Positions 1 to 9,670 are shown, counted from the first letter of the stretch. The stretch is DNA of 64,000 nt from Verrucomicrobiota bacterium (GCA_040386695.1 JAZKFB010000017.1:70146-134145), one strand, 5' to 3'. A program made the numbers and translations. The notes: generated from the sequence alone by a model not told the origin.

Positions 1-2
1 GC

Positions 3-251
3 GACTGCAAGCACGGCACCGACGCCGGATGCGCCATCCGCACCGCCCGCGAGGCCGGAAAACTGGATCAGGCGCGCTTTGACGGTTTTCTGAAACTGGA
101 GGTCGAAATTGAAAAACTGCGGGACAGCCGGAAAAAGCGCCAGATGACCATCGAGCGCCGCCACCGCCGCGACCTGCACCAGAAAGGCAAAAAATACGCC
201 GACCGCCGCGACGCCGATCCCGACCGCAAATACGAGCCGCACGGGCGGTGA
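3..251 (+). CDS. rsgA: ribosome small subunit-dependent GTPase A, 3' end (partial)
   Basis: Hand translation gives DCKHGTDAGCAIRTAREAGKLDQARFDGFLKL, the RsgA C-terminal zinc-binding motif (DCxH...GCA); TGA at 249-251. Confidence 0.8.
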   Translation, partial: DCKHGTDAGCAIRTAREAGKLDQARFDGFLKLEVEIEKLRDSRKKRQMTIERRHRRDLHQKGKKYADRRDADPDRKYEPHGR

Positions 252-338
252 GGTCCGGTGAAGCCGCCGATTTTCTCCGTGGCTCCGCCCCGGCGGGAGG
301 CCTTGCGCGCCGGCAGGGAACCCCTTACCGCTGGGCCC

Positions 339-351
339 ATGATCTCGCTTC
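339..351 (+). repeat. attL core ATGATCTCGCTTC
   Basis: Exact 13-bp match to 41588-41600; the sequence becomes AT-rich immediately after it. Confidence 0.88.
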
Positions 352-401
352 ATGTGATTTCATTCAAATTTCTGGAATTTTATTAATGTTATATCGTTCA
401 A

Positions 402-414
402 AATGAATGACTTG
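402..414 (+). promoter_or_regulatory. possible IHF site in att arm
   Basis: AATGAATGACTTG, one mismatch from WATCAANNNNTTR, between core and arm repeats. Confidence 0.4.
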
Positions 415-439
415 CATTAATTTTCACTTTGAAGATTCA

Positions 440-467
440 AAATTTGTGCTCAGAAATTTGTGCTCAG
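440..467 (+). repeat. integrase arm-type sites (tandem AAATTTGTGCTCAG x2)
   Basis: Perfect 14-bp tandem; the TGTGCTCA core also occurs twice at 41490-41510. Confidence 0.75.
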
Positions 468-568
468 TCTCCTTTATACGGCAGAGTGCTTAATTCTAAA
501 TTACCGCTTCTTCCGGTGTGCGCGCCAATGAAGCCTTGCCGAATCAGAGCGCCTCTGTTTGATCCGGC

Positions 569-934
569 ATGGCCTCCGTCAACAAAGTAATCATCATCGG
601 GAACGTCACCCGCGATCCTGAACTTCGCCACACCCCGAAAGGGATGGCTGTTACCGACATCTCCCTTGCGGTAAACCGCACCTACAATACTGCGGATGGC
701 GAACGGCGGGAAGAGGTGACTTTTCTGGATGTGACCTACTGGGGCAAGCAGGCCGAGGTGCTCGCGCAGTACATTAGAAAAGGAAAAACCCTCTATGTTG
801 AAGGCCGCCTTCGGCTTGACACTTGGGACGACAAGGAAACGGGCAAGAAGAACACCCGTCTGAAAATCTCTGGCGAGGAATTCCAATTTCTTGGGCCAAA
901 AGAAGATCGCGGAGGCGATCAGGCAGACGCATAA
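569..934 (+). CDS. ssb: single-stranded DNA-binding protein, lacking acidic C-terminal tail
   Basis: MASVNKVIIIGNVTRDPELR...VEGRL OB-fold; ends GGDQADA with no DIPF tip. Confidence 0.92.
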   Translation: MASVNKVIIIGNVTRDPELRHTPKGMAVTDISLAVNRTYNTADGERREEVTFLDVTYWGKQAEVLAQYIRKGKTLYVEGRLRLDTWDDKETGKKNTRLKISGEEFQFLGPKEDRGGDQADA

Positions 935-1019
935 CGCGTCAGTCTATAACACAAGTTTCCGTTCCAAAACCCCTGTAATCCTGAAAGCATCCCCGAATGT
1001 TGAAAGCTGTCTCCAAACA

Positions 1020-1160
1020 CGCGGAATTGCCCGCAGCGGTGTGGCGGCGAAACGCGTTAGCGATCTGACCCGCCCTCCCCCTCCGTCAAAACCGCCTGAA
1101 ACCTGTTCAAAACCCGTAAAAAGCCGCAAAATGCAATAAAATGGCGAAAAAGCGGGAAAA
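1020..1160 (-). other. candidate cos/packaging initiation region
   Basis: Minus strand GGGGGAGGGCGGGTCAGATC...CGCCGCCACA resembles HK97-like cos regions; eight phased A-tracts at 1088-1160. Confidence 0.5.
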
Positions 1161-1210
1161 TACGGCCCGCACGAACAGTGAAACGACAGGCCGGCAGTGA
1201 ACCTGCCCCC

Positions 1211-3007
1211 TCAATACCCCTCGATCGTAAGCGGGGACGCCAGATACCCGGCGCGGAATGCTCTGGCGTGGAGGAAATCCCCGGCCTCCACGGTCACGGG
1301 GCCGGTGTAGGCGGTGCCGTCGGTCTCCGTCTGCAATGGCGTCACCAGGGGCGCGGGGCTGATGGCCCACCGGATGACGGCTCCGGCGGTGAGCGAGGTG
1401 ATGGTGATATCCGCCGGCAGTGACGGGCCGGACCCTGCGTCCGGGGAATAGACGGGCTGGCTGGTCTGCGGTGTCTTTGCGTTGAGGTCGGCAGGCACGT
1501 TGATGAGCCGCTCATTGGCCAGATCCCACTGGTAAATCTCCGGGGAGTTTTCGAGAAGGGTGAGGGAGATGGCGGGCGCGCCGTCATTGCCGACGCTGAA
1601 CTTTGATTCGACCACGCGGTAAACCGCCCCGTCGAAATACCTCGGGATGTCGAGGATGACATTGCTCCCCACTCTGGCGGGCATGGCCATCAGGTTGCAG
1701 ATGAGCTGCACGGTGCGGCCGTGGCGGGCCTGTTTGAGCTCCATGGAGGCCAGCCGCTGGGCCTGGCTGCCGCTGCCGACCATCTCCAGCGTGAGATCGG
1801 AAACCACCTCCTGTCCATCCATGGCCACGGCGGCGGCATCCGTCACGGCGGGGAAGTCGAACTTCTGCCAGTTGTTGGTTTCGCTCAGGAATGTGCCTTT
1901 GACGATGTTGGCCCGGTCGCGGCGGGCTTGGAGGGAGCTGAACTCAATCGGACCGGCCAGCATGTCGAGACCGATGGTGAAGGTGGGGGTGACGAACTGC
2001 CCGGCCTGAATGGCGTAAATCCCGCCGCTCTGGATCAGGTCGCCGTTCATGCTCTGAATGAAAAGCGAGGCATTGTCCTCCACGGTGGACGAAAGGTCGA
2101 TGGCCCCCTGGCAGGAATACCTCGGCTCGCTGCCCAGCAGGGTGGGCACGGACCCGTCGCAGACGTTCGCCGCGTCGATGAGGGCGGCGGTGTCAATGTC
2201 CGCCTGGGCGATTCCCGGACCGACGAGCGATGTCGTCAGGTAATCGTTGAGACACAGCGCCGGATTGGTGCTGTAGCCCCGCAGATTGGTGCGCGGATCC
2301 CAGATGTTGTTTTTCCCCTTCACGACGGCGGAAATCTCCGGCACGGCGGAGAACAGCTCCAGATTGACGGTGAGGCGCACGTAAAGATACGCGATGCCGG
2401 TCAGCCTGTGGGCGGCGGTCCAGCGCGTGGAGACGGCTGTCAGCAGCGGCTCGGCGGGATCGTCCGGCGTGCCCAGGTGCTTTTTGATCAGTACGGATCC
2501 CGCCCATTTGCCCGTGCCGTTGCCGTCGGCGTCCAGGGTGACCGCCTCGTCGTCAAAATACACCGTCTCAATGGCCTCAACCGGTCCCTCGCACAGGCCC
2601 AGAATCAGATGCAGCGTCTCATTGCTGGCGCCGGTGGTCTCCGGGTAAAACCAGATGCCGCCCAGCCGGGCGCGGCCGTAGGCGATGCGGCGGGAGGCGG
2701 TGGACCGGCGCACCATGGACGTGATGTCCCGGGGGCCGCTGGCGGTGGCGAAGGTGCCGGAGTCAAATCCGACAGGACCGGACGCGCTTTTGCTGAGCTT
2801 TTTAAGTTTCTGCTCGGTCAGGCTGGCCTGCCGCTGCTGCTCGCGGCGCATGCGCTCGGCGGCGGCCTTGGCCTTTTTTTGCTGCTTTTTCTGGTAGGCC
2901 ATCGAGCCCACGGCGGCGCCCACCTGGACAGCGGCGGTGATCAGCGTCGCGGTGGACACGCTGGAGGTTGCCCCGACCGCAAAACCAATAACAGTGAGCA
3001 CTTCCAT
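1211..3007 (-). CDS. tail tip / baseplate hub protein (gpJ-like)
   Basis: RRIAYGRARLGG, HRLTGIAY, YSTNPALCLNDYL motifs; last gene of the tail operon. Confidence 0.8.
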   Translation of the reverse strand: MEVLTVIGFAVGATSSVSTATLITAAVQVGAAVGSMAYQKKQQKKAKAAAERMRREQQRQASLTEQKLKKLSKSASGPVGFDSGTFATASGPRDITSMVRRSTASRRIAYGRARLGGIWFYPETTGASNETLHLILGLCEGPVEAIETVYFDDEAVTLDADGNGTGKWAGSVLIKKHLGTPDDPAEPLLTAVSTRWTAAHRLTGIAYLYVRLTVNLELFSAVPEISAVVKGKNNIWDPRTNLRGYSTNPALCLNDYLTTSLVGPGIAQADIDTAALIDAANVCDGSVPTLLGSEPRYSCQGAIDLSSTVEDNASLFIQSMNGDLIQSGGIYAIQAGQFVTPTFTIGLDMLAGPIEFSSLQARRDRANIVKGTFLSETNNWQKFDFPAVTDAAAVAMDGQEVVSDLTLEMVGSGSQAQRLASMELKQARHGRTVQLICNLMAMPARVGSNVILDIPRYFDGAVYRVVESKFSVGNDGAPAISLTLLENSPEIYQWDLANERLINVPADLNAKTPQTSQPVYSPDAGSGPSLPADITITSLTAGAVIRWAISPAPLVTPLQTETDGTAYTGPVTVEAGDFLHARAFRAGYLASPLTIEGY

Positions 3008-3008
3008 A

Positions 3009-3392
3009 TCAGTAAAAAAACCGGACGTTTGAAATATCCCGGATCACGGCCTTCAGTCCGCGCCGCCCCGGCTGGAGACAGCGGCCCTGCCAGAAAATCC
3101 CCAGCGCGCCCTCGGCGTCCGGGCCGGGAGCCCACCAGACAGCGCCGTCACGCGGCGGGGACGGTTTAAGGCCCACATGCTCCGGCATCCCGCGGAGCTG
3201 GCACGGCAGCACCCTGATTGCCCCCTCCCGGTCGCTGTAGGCGTCGCGGTAGGGCGCGGCGAAGTCGTTGCCCGTCAGAATGGCCAGCACGTCCGCGCAG
3301 AAAATGGCGCAGTCCCACTTTCCGCGCTGCCGCTGTTTTTGGGAGCACGAAAGCAGGTAATCCTCGATCTGCTGTTTCTGGTCAGGCGTCAT
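3009..3392 (-). CDS. tail assembly NlpC/P60-like protein (DUF6950-like)
   Basis: GKWDCAIFCAD motif; directly upstream of the tail tip gene. Confidence 0.65.
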   Translation of the reverse strand: MTPDQKQQIEDYLLSCSQKQRQRGKWDCAIFCADVLAILTGNDFAAPYRDAYSDREGAIRVLPCQLRGMPEHVGLKPSPPRDGAVWWAPGPDAEGALGIFWQGRCLQPGRRGLKAVIRDISNVRFFY

Positions 3393-3393
3393 T

Positions 3394-3689
3394 TCACCAG
3401 GGATTCAAAGGGACGGTTTTCCCGGCAAGGGAATGGCTGGAATCGGTCAGGAATTGAATCTGGCCATCCCTCACGAATGAGTGACAGCAGCGCTCCTGGC
3501 CGTGACTGGAATATCCCGTGAGAAGAAGGGACGGGCTGAAAGTGGGCCTCTCCATGTCGTCATTCCATGTCCATTTGGCCCCGGTCAGATGATTCGGTGT
3601 CCCGGTCCAGCATCCATGCGGCTCGTCACAGCCCGGGCACCAGAACAGAAGAAGACCGTCATCGTTTTTGTAAAGTATGTGTTTCATTG
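3394..3689 (-). CDS. DUF6527-like Cys/His metal-binding protein
   Basis: CPGC..H...WTWN...PTFSPSL...CHSFVRDGQIQFL; start taken at MKHILY, position approximate. Confidence 0.65.
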
Positions 3690-4253
3690 CTGCCCCCACC
3701 GGAGTTGAAGGTTTTGCAGAGCGGCCACGAACTCCAGCCCCTTGTCCCCCGCTCCCGGGTGGCGGGTCTGCTGGTCCTCGTGGGTATATCGGAAAATGCG
3801 CGGCCGGAGCTGGTCGCTCATCACGGACTCCAGGGAGATGGTGACCGACACCTCCGCGCCGCTGTCCCTGACCGTGTCGGAGTCCATCAGTCCCCGGAAC
3901 AGCGGATACGGCGCGCCGGCCGGGTCGCCGTCGGCGTCGAAAACAATCAGCGAGACATCCGCCCGGCGGTTCTGGTAGTTTCCCAGGGTGATGCTGGTGA
4001 AAATTTCGGACGGGATGCCGGAAAGCCTCACGGCCATGCCGCTCTGCGCGCTGTCAGTGGTCTCCGTGATGTCTTCCACGGCCAGCAGATTGCCCACGCC
4101 GGTCCAGTCCTGCCCCTCCGCGAAAAGCGAGCCGAATCCGCTCCAGATATAAACCGGGCCGGACGGGAAATCGGCATACACCAGCAGCGCGAGGCGCACG
4201 GCGGATTCCCCAAGGGCGGCTTTGGTGATCGGATCAAGCGGGCGTTCGGTCAT
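3684..4253 (-). CDS. minor tail protein (gpL-like)
   Basis: WSGFG...WTGVG...RYTHEDQQ.RHPG..DKGLEFV pattern; start re-called at MTERPLD, overlapping the upstream stop. Confidence 0.7.
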   Translation of the reverse strand: MTERPLDPITKAALGESAVRLALLVYADFPSGPVYIWSGFGSLFAEGQDWTGVGNLLAVEDITETTDSAQSGMAVRLSGIPSEIFTSITLGNYQNRRADVSLIVFDADGDPAGAPYPLFRGLMDSDTVRDSGAEVSVTISLESVMSDQLRPRIFRYTHEDQQTRHPGAGDKGLEFVAALQNLQLRWGQQ

Positions 4254-4852
4254 GGTAAAATAGCCTCGCTGGCGGAAAACTGGAATCCGGCCTGCAGCCG
4301 GTTTTTGTCCCACGTGAATTCCGGGACGGACGCCGGACGGAAGACGCCGCGCGGGGCCTGCCACTCCACCGCCATCGAGTCCGGCAGGCTGCGGCAGTGC
4401 GGCCAGCAGCGCACCAGGGCCTTTCCGGCGTCCGTGGAGTAAACATCCTCCAGCACCATCCGGAAGCGGCCGCCGATTTCGATTTTCTGGCCTTTTTTGA
4501 GCACCCGCATATCCGGTGTCCACCCGCGGGTTCTGACGGTGGCTCCGGAGACGTGCGCGCCGTCCAGCTCGGCCAGCCCGAAGTCGATTTCCCGGATGCG
4601 GAGGAAGCTGGTTTCCGGCAGCCAGAATGTTCCGGCCATCGCGTTCAGATCGGCGAAAAACGCCTGCCACGACAGCGCGTCATCCTCCCCCATGGAGGGC
4701 AGTTTCAGGATCACGCCCCACCGCTGCCCGGGCCACACGTAAACCTGCTCGGCCAGGGTGAAGGGCGACTGCGACCGGGAGACGGCGGAGTCCATCACCC
4801 AGGACAGCTCGCGCGTCCCCGGCAGCGGTGGAAGTTCAATGGGGGTTTCCAT
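4250..4852 (-). CDS. distal tail-like protein
   Basis: SQSPFTLAEQV..WPGQRW pattern; position after tape measure. Confidence 0.6.
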   Translation of the reverse strand: METPIELPPLPGTRELSWVMDSAVSRSQSPFTLAEQVYVWPGQRWGVILKLPSMGEDDALSWQAFFADLNAMAGTFWLPETSFLRIREIDFGLAELDGAHVSGATVRTRGWTPDMRVLKKGQKIEIGGRFRMVLEDVYSTDAGKALVRCWPHCRSLPDSMAVEWQAPRGVFRPASVPEFTWDKNRLQAGFQFSASEAILP

Positions 4853-4868
4853 GGGCGGATGGGGCTGG

Positions 4869-6518
4869 TTAAACGATCACCGTCTCCGCCTTGCAGGCAA
4901 ATCCCGCCGTCCAGGAGGTGGCCACGTCCCCGGGGCCGGTCACGATCACCTGAAGCTGGCCGGCCGCAAAGTCCAAGGCCACTTCGAAAACCGCAGGGCC
5001 CACCACGATGTCGGTGGCCGGCGTCACCGGATCCCCGATCTGATGGGTCCCGCCGTAGCGGACCACCTGGACCGTCCGCCGCATAATGGCGTAGTCGCTG
5101 CCGTTGGCGCAGAGGGCGCAGACCGCGACCTCCCAGAGCTGGAGATAATCCCCCGTCACGGCCGGGCCATACAGGATCGCGGGCGTGTCATCCGGGGTGA
5201 CAATGCCGCGCACACAGTCGCGCCTGCGGTGGGCCCCATTGTCGGCCCCGCTGTGGGCGTCCATCACGATCTGGTTGAGCGGGCCGGTCTGCCGCAGCGT
5301 GCCGCCCGGCGTCGTCTCCGTGGCGTAGGTGCCGTAGCGGATCGGCTGGGAGGCGATGGTCCGGGTCCGCTCCACGCGGACGGTGGAGGGAGTGAGGTAT
5401 TCAAGGATTCGGTCCACCGCCGACTGCCCGCCGCCCGCGCCCGTGCTCCACGCCAGGTAATTGCCCTCGCACGCGGGCAGGAAAGGATCACCGGCCGCCG
5501 TGACAATGTAACCGGTCTGGCTGGCGGTAAACTGGATGACCTGGCGGAAACCGAAAAGACCGTCGCCGCCGTTGTTCCAGCGCATAGCCTCCGATTTCGG
5601 CCACGACGGGCCAACCTCGATGCGGACGCTTCCATTCGCCTCGGGATCACCGGGAATCGCATAGGGGATTTCCAGATTCAGGCCCGTGAACGTGTTGCAG
5701 CCCAGTGCTGCCCCGTTTCCGCCGGCCAGGGCGTAAAACTGACTCACTCCGGCGTAGCCCGGAGTTGAGAAATAAGTGTGGGAGTGATGGGCCTGCGCCA
5801 TGCCTGTCATATTCAGATCAGCCACATCCCCATCGGTTTTTAGAATGTGGGCGTTGAATCCGTTGGCCACCGGCGACCGGCTCAGGAATCTGACACGGGA
5901 ATCCACGGACCCCGCGCCGCCCGGAACGCCGATCAGCTGCCCTGACAGGTTGACGGGTCCCGTGAACACCGGACTCTCCTTGTCCGCCTTGTTCTCAAGA
6001 TCAGTGCCCGCCGCGCCCTTGAAGTCGAACCGGCCGTCGGCCTCCTCCTTGTTCCAGTATCCGGGCGGCGCGGGCGGGGAAAACACCGCGGTGGACAGCG
6101 TGGGGATGGTGACCGCCTCCACCAGGCCGCTGGCGAAGATGGAGTCCTGACCATTCTGATTGGCCCACACCTCCAAAGTGAAAAATCCGGCCGGCAGTCC
6201 TCCCGTGCCGGACCCGATCACCAGCAGCCTCACCAGCGCGGCGGCGCCGGTCCTCCACTGCGCGGCGGTGATCGACGCCGCCATGTCGAGATTGCTGATG
6301 TTTTTCGTCATGATCAGGGCATTGGCCGCATTGAAGAATTTGACGGTCATCGTGCTGACATCGGCGCGGCCGAGCATGCGGCGGTTCTGAAACAGCCCCA
6401 GTTCGAAAATAGTGTCCTCCCCCCGGTGGAGGAAGGCGGGGACTCCGGTGCGCTGGTCAATAAGATTCCCGCCTGTCCGGGCGCGCTGCTCACATTCGAT
6501 TCTGACAAGTCTGGCCAT
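4869..6518 (-). CDS. tail fibre / receptor-binding protein candidate
   Basis: Gly/Thr-rich beta-type sequence, KADKESPVFTG fibre motif, N-terminal domain shared with 12348-14876. Confidence 0.55.
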   Translation of the reverse strand: MARLVRIECEQRARTGGNLIDQRTGVPAFLHRGEDTIFELGLFQNRRMLGRADVSTMTVKFFNAANALIMTKNISNLDMAASITAAQWRTGAAALVRLLVIGSGTGGLPAGFFTLEVWANQNGQDSIFASGLVEAVTIPTLSTAVFSPPAPPGYWNKEEADGRFDFKGAAGTDLENKADKESPVFTGPVNLSGQLIGVPGGAGSVDSRVRFLSRSPVANGFNAHILKTDGDVADLNMTGMAQAHHSHTYFSTPGYAGVSQFYALAGGNGAALGCNTFTGLNLEIPYAIPGDPEANGSVRIEVGPSWPKSEAMRWNNGGDGLFGFRQVIQFTASQTGYIVTAAGDPFLPACEGNYLAWSTGAGGGQSAVDRILEYLTPSTVRVERTRTIASQPIRYGTYATETTPGGTLRQTGPLNQIVMDAHSGADNGAHRRRDCVRGIVTPDDTPAILYGPAVTGDYLQLWEVAVCALCANGSDYAIMRRTVQVVRYGGTHQIGDPVTPATDIVVGPAVFEVALDFAAGQLQVIVTGPGDVATSWTAGFACKAETVIV

Positions 6519-6530
6519 ATTTTTAAAGTG

Positions 6531-8840
6531 TTAAGACTGCATCCCTCTGCGGTAGCCTCCCCCGCGCCGCACGGCATCGAGCACCGCGCCCCGGGTGGCG
6601 TCCTGCATCTGGTCCATGGCTCCCGCGAGTTCGTGGGCGGTGACGCCGGTGGTGAAGGTCTGGTGGATGACGATGGGGCTTTCGATGTGCGCCCCGCCGC
6701 CGCCTGATCCGCCGCCACCGGCACCCGGCGCGGCGGATGCCGCCGCCTGATGATTGGGAATGATCCTCCCGGCGGAGTCGGGCACGAAAAGCTCCGGACC
6801 GCGCTCGCCGACCACGGAGATTTTCCCCATCGGCGGGCGGCCGCCGTCCGCGAAAAATCCGCCCATCAGGGAGCCAAGGGCGCTGACCCACCCGCCGGTG
6901 CCGCCGGCCGATCCCGCCAGCGATCCGACCAGGCCGGTGATGCTTCCGCCGCCCGACGCGGTTTTGTTGCCGAAAAGCGCGAGCTGAATAAACTGCCTGA
7001 TCATCTGGTTCGCCCACTGGCTGACGATGTCGGAAATTTTGCCGGTGCCGGTTGCCCACGCCGAAACGATGTCCGTCACCGTGTCGCGGTTCAGGGATTT
7101 AAACTGATCGTAGGTCTGCTGGTTGGCTTTGCGGATCTCCTCCTGCGCCTCGTATTGAGCCACGAACGCGTCAAGATGCGCCTTCTTCTTCGCCTTCATC
7201 TCCTCGGAGTTGAGATCAATCCTGGCCTTCGCGGCGGTCTGCTCGACGGCCAGCACTTGGGCGGCTCCGGTCTGGGCCGTCGTCACGGAATGCTGCATGG
7301 CCTGACTCTCCAGCGCATACTGCTGCCGGATCCGGTCGCCCAGGAAATCCCCGTCATGGATCTCATTCAGCTTTTTGCCGGTGTCCTCGGCGGAATTCTG
7401 AATAACCTTGTTGGCCTCGACGGCGGTGCTGGTGAAATCATCAATCCCAGCCTCGAACGCGGAGAAATCAATCTCCTCCGGACCGTTGGGGAAAAGCAGC
7501 GAGCTGGGACTGTTGGGGGCGGATCCGGCCGGCAGATCGGCAACGACCTTTTTCGGATCGAAATTCTTTTGGGCGATCTTCAGCTGATCAATTCCGATAT
7601 CAAACATCCACGCGTCCTTCGGCTGGAGCGCTTTTGCAATATTGGCGGCGGCGATGGTGGCCGCCGTCTCCAGATCGTTGAACACCTTCAGTCCGCCGTT
7701 CTTCAGGCCATTGAGCGCGGAATGAATCCCTTCCCCCCATTCGGCCAGAATGCTCCGGATGCCGATGGATACCCCCCGGATGAAAACCTCACATCCTTTG
7801 AGCGCCAGCTTGAAGCCCTCGAACAGGGTGATGCCCAGGGAGGTCGCGGTCGTCAGGCCGGTGCCGATGGCTGACGCCATCACCCCGGCGAACTGCGCGC
7901 ACGTGGCGATTTTGGCGGCGGCATCAACCAGCCAGTCAACAATACCCTTCATTCCGCCGGCGGATTTGTAAATTTCAGTGCCCCATTTCCCGATTTCCGC
8001 GCCGATGTTCCTCGTGCTTGGGCCCAGGTTTCCAATCTCTTTGGTTATATCTTCGATGACCGGTTTCAGGGCACTGTTGATCCCGGTCCCGATGTTGATC
8101 ATGCCGGCGCTGATGGTGCCGGTGAGCTTGGACATTTTGCCTGTGAATGTCTTTGCGCCCTCCTCAAGCGCGCCAAAGAAGCGGCCGCCCGGGGATGTGG
8201 CATCCATGAAGGCCTGCCTCACTTCGCGGATTGAGATTTTGCCGTCCGACATTCGGGCCGTCAGTTGGGCCATCGTCTCGCCTGTCCGCTTGGCGATATA
8301 TTCAAGCGGGTTGAATCCAAGCTCCGTCAGCTGCCGAAGCTCCGTCCCTGCCAGCCTTCCAAGAGAGCTGATCTGCCCGAATGCGTAAACGAGACGGCCA
8401 AACCGCTCGGAGTTGCCCAGGGAAACTTCTCCCAGCAGACTCATGGTCGGGATCATCTCCTCGGCGGAAATGCCCATGGCCAGCAGCTGCTTCCCGCCCT
8501 CCGCCAGCGCATTGAAACTCAGTGGACTCTGCTGATCAAGAATCCGGATCTCAGCCAGCGCCTTCTTCGCTTTCTCCGCGTCCCCCAGCAGAACCTTGAA
8601 CATGACGGACGTCATTTCACTGTCTGCCGCCTGGTTGATGGCGCTGCCGATTTGTTCCGTCAGGAAGTTTTTCAGCGACCCCAGCCCGGACTGGATGCCG
8701 CTGGAAATGAGATTGCCGATGGCCACGGACTGCGCGCCCAGCGAGTTCCGCGCCGCGCTGAGGTCGCGGTTCAGATCGCCGGCCAAACCGGCGGCGGTCG
8801 CGCGGATGCGCAGGAAAAGGTCTCCGATGGATTCGGCCAT
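6531..8840 (-). CDS. tail tape measure protein
   Basis: 769 aa, Ala/Gly-rich helical; tape-measure domain (AFGQISSLGRL) and C-terminal FADGG..VGERGPE. Confidence 0.92.
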   Translation of the reverse strand: MAESIGDLFLRIRATAAGLAGDLNRDLSAARNSLGAQSVAIGNLISSGIQSGLGSLKNFLTEQIGSAINQAADSEMTSVMFKVLLGDAEKAKKALAEIRILDQQSPLSFNALAEGGKQLLAMGISAEEMIPTMSLLGEVSLGNSERFGRLVYAFGQISSLGRLAGTELRQLTELGFNPLEYIAKRTGETMAQLTARMSDGKISIREVRQAFMDATSPGGRFFGALEEGAKTFTGKMSKLTGTISAGMINIGTGINSALKPVIEDITKEIGNLGPSTRNIGAEIGKWGTEIYKSAGGMKGIVDWLVDAAAKIATCAQFAGVMASAIGTGLTTATSLGITLFEGFKLALKGCEVFIRGVSIGIRSILAEWGEGIHSALNGLKNGGLKVFNDLETAATIAAANIAKALQPKDAWMFDIGIDQLKIAQKNFDPKKVVADLPAGSAPNSPSSLLFPNGPEEIDFSAFEAGIDDFTSTAVEANKVIQNSAEDTGKKLNEIHDGDFLGDRIRQQYALESQAMQHSVTTAQTGAAQVLAVEQTAAKARIDLNSEEMKAKKKAHLDAFVAQYEAQEEIRKANQQTYDQFKSLNRDTVTDIVSAWATGTGKISDIVSQWANQMIRQFIQLALFGNKTASGGGSITGLVGSLAGSAGGTGGWVSALGSLMGGFFADGGRPPMGKISVVGERGPELFVPDSAGRIIPNHQAAASAAPGAGGGGSGGGGAHIESPIVIHQTFTTGVTAHELAGAMDQMQDATRGAVLDAVRRGGGYRRGMQS

Positions 8841-8846
8841 GATGGG

Positions 8847-9350
8847 TCAGCGGATGGATGCCCGGACGCGGGCGGCGGCCCGCTGGATGGCGGGGATCAT
8901 TTCGACTTTGAAGCGGGCGGCGGCGGCGGCCCGGCTGGCCTCCCAGGCGGACCGCATGAAGGGATTGGGCGCATTGCCCGGTGTGACTTTGACGCCCTTG
9001 TGATACGCCCCGCGCGAGGCGGTGCCGAACTCGACAAGATGCGCGTATTTATGCGGGCGGACCGTCACAATCTCGCCGGTGCCGTGCAGATCATACTGGC
9101 CGGACGTGTTTTTCGACGGGCCGATGATGGCGGTGACGGAGCCCTTCCGGGTGTTGGTGCTGATCTTCTGACGGATGCTCTTTTTCAGGAGGCCCGTCAG
9201 TCCCTTCGGCGCGTTCCGTTTCGCCGCCGCCGTGACCGGACGCGCCGCTTTGGTCAGTGCCTCGCGCATGGCCCCGCGCTGGATCTTGTTTTCCAGGGCG
9301 CGGATGCGGAGCTGCAGCTGCTGGAATCCGATGACGTTGGATGTGCTCAT
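8847..9350 (-). CDS. HK97 gp10-family tail component
   Basis: TGLLKKSI, YAHLVEFGT, PFMRSAW motifs. Confidence 0.85.
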   Translation of the reverse strand: MSTSNVIGFQQLQLRIRALENKIQRGAMREALTKAARPVTAAAKRNAPKGLTGLLKKSIRQKISTNTRKGSVTAIIGPSKNTSGQYDLHGTGEIVTVRPHKYAHLVEFGTASRGAYHKGVKVTPGNAPNPFMRSAWEASRAAAAARFKVEMIPAIQRAAARVRASIR

Positions 9351-9670
9351 TTCTGCGAATTGATGAGGGAGACGGTTTTCATGGCGGTTTTGATCTTCGT
9401 GGCCACCTCGGCGGAAGTCGGTTCCCGGGGCGGCTGTGGCGGCGTTTGCCTCGGCAGAAAATCCTCGGGGGTGAACGGCTCGGGATGCTTTTTGGGGTCG
9501 CGGTGGCAGTTGTAGAGAGTGGCGACAATCATGGCCTGCCCGTAGGCGGCGGACCTTTCACGGGCCCGCCATTCGTCGATGGCCTCGCGCAGAATCTCAT
9601 CGGTCTCACCAGGGGTGAGATTCCAGAAATGGGATTCAGGGAGGGACGCCACGCGGCGGGCGCGGGCCAC
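9347..9670 (-). CDS. tail assembly chaperone, gpT-like
   Basis: FWNLTPGE motif; frame open upstream to ~9779. Confidence 0.7.
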   Translation of the reverse strand: MARARRVASLPESHFWNLTPGETDEILREAIDEWRARERSAAYGQAMIVATLYNCHRDPKKHPEPFTPEDFLPRQTPPQPPREPTSAEVATKIKTAMKTVSLINSQK

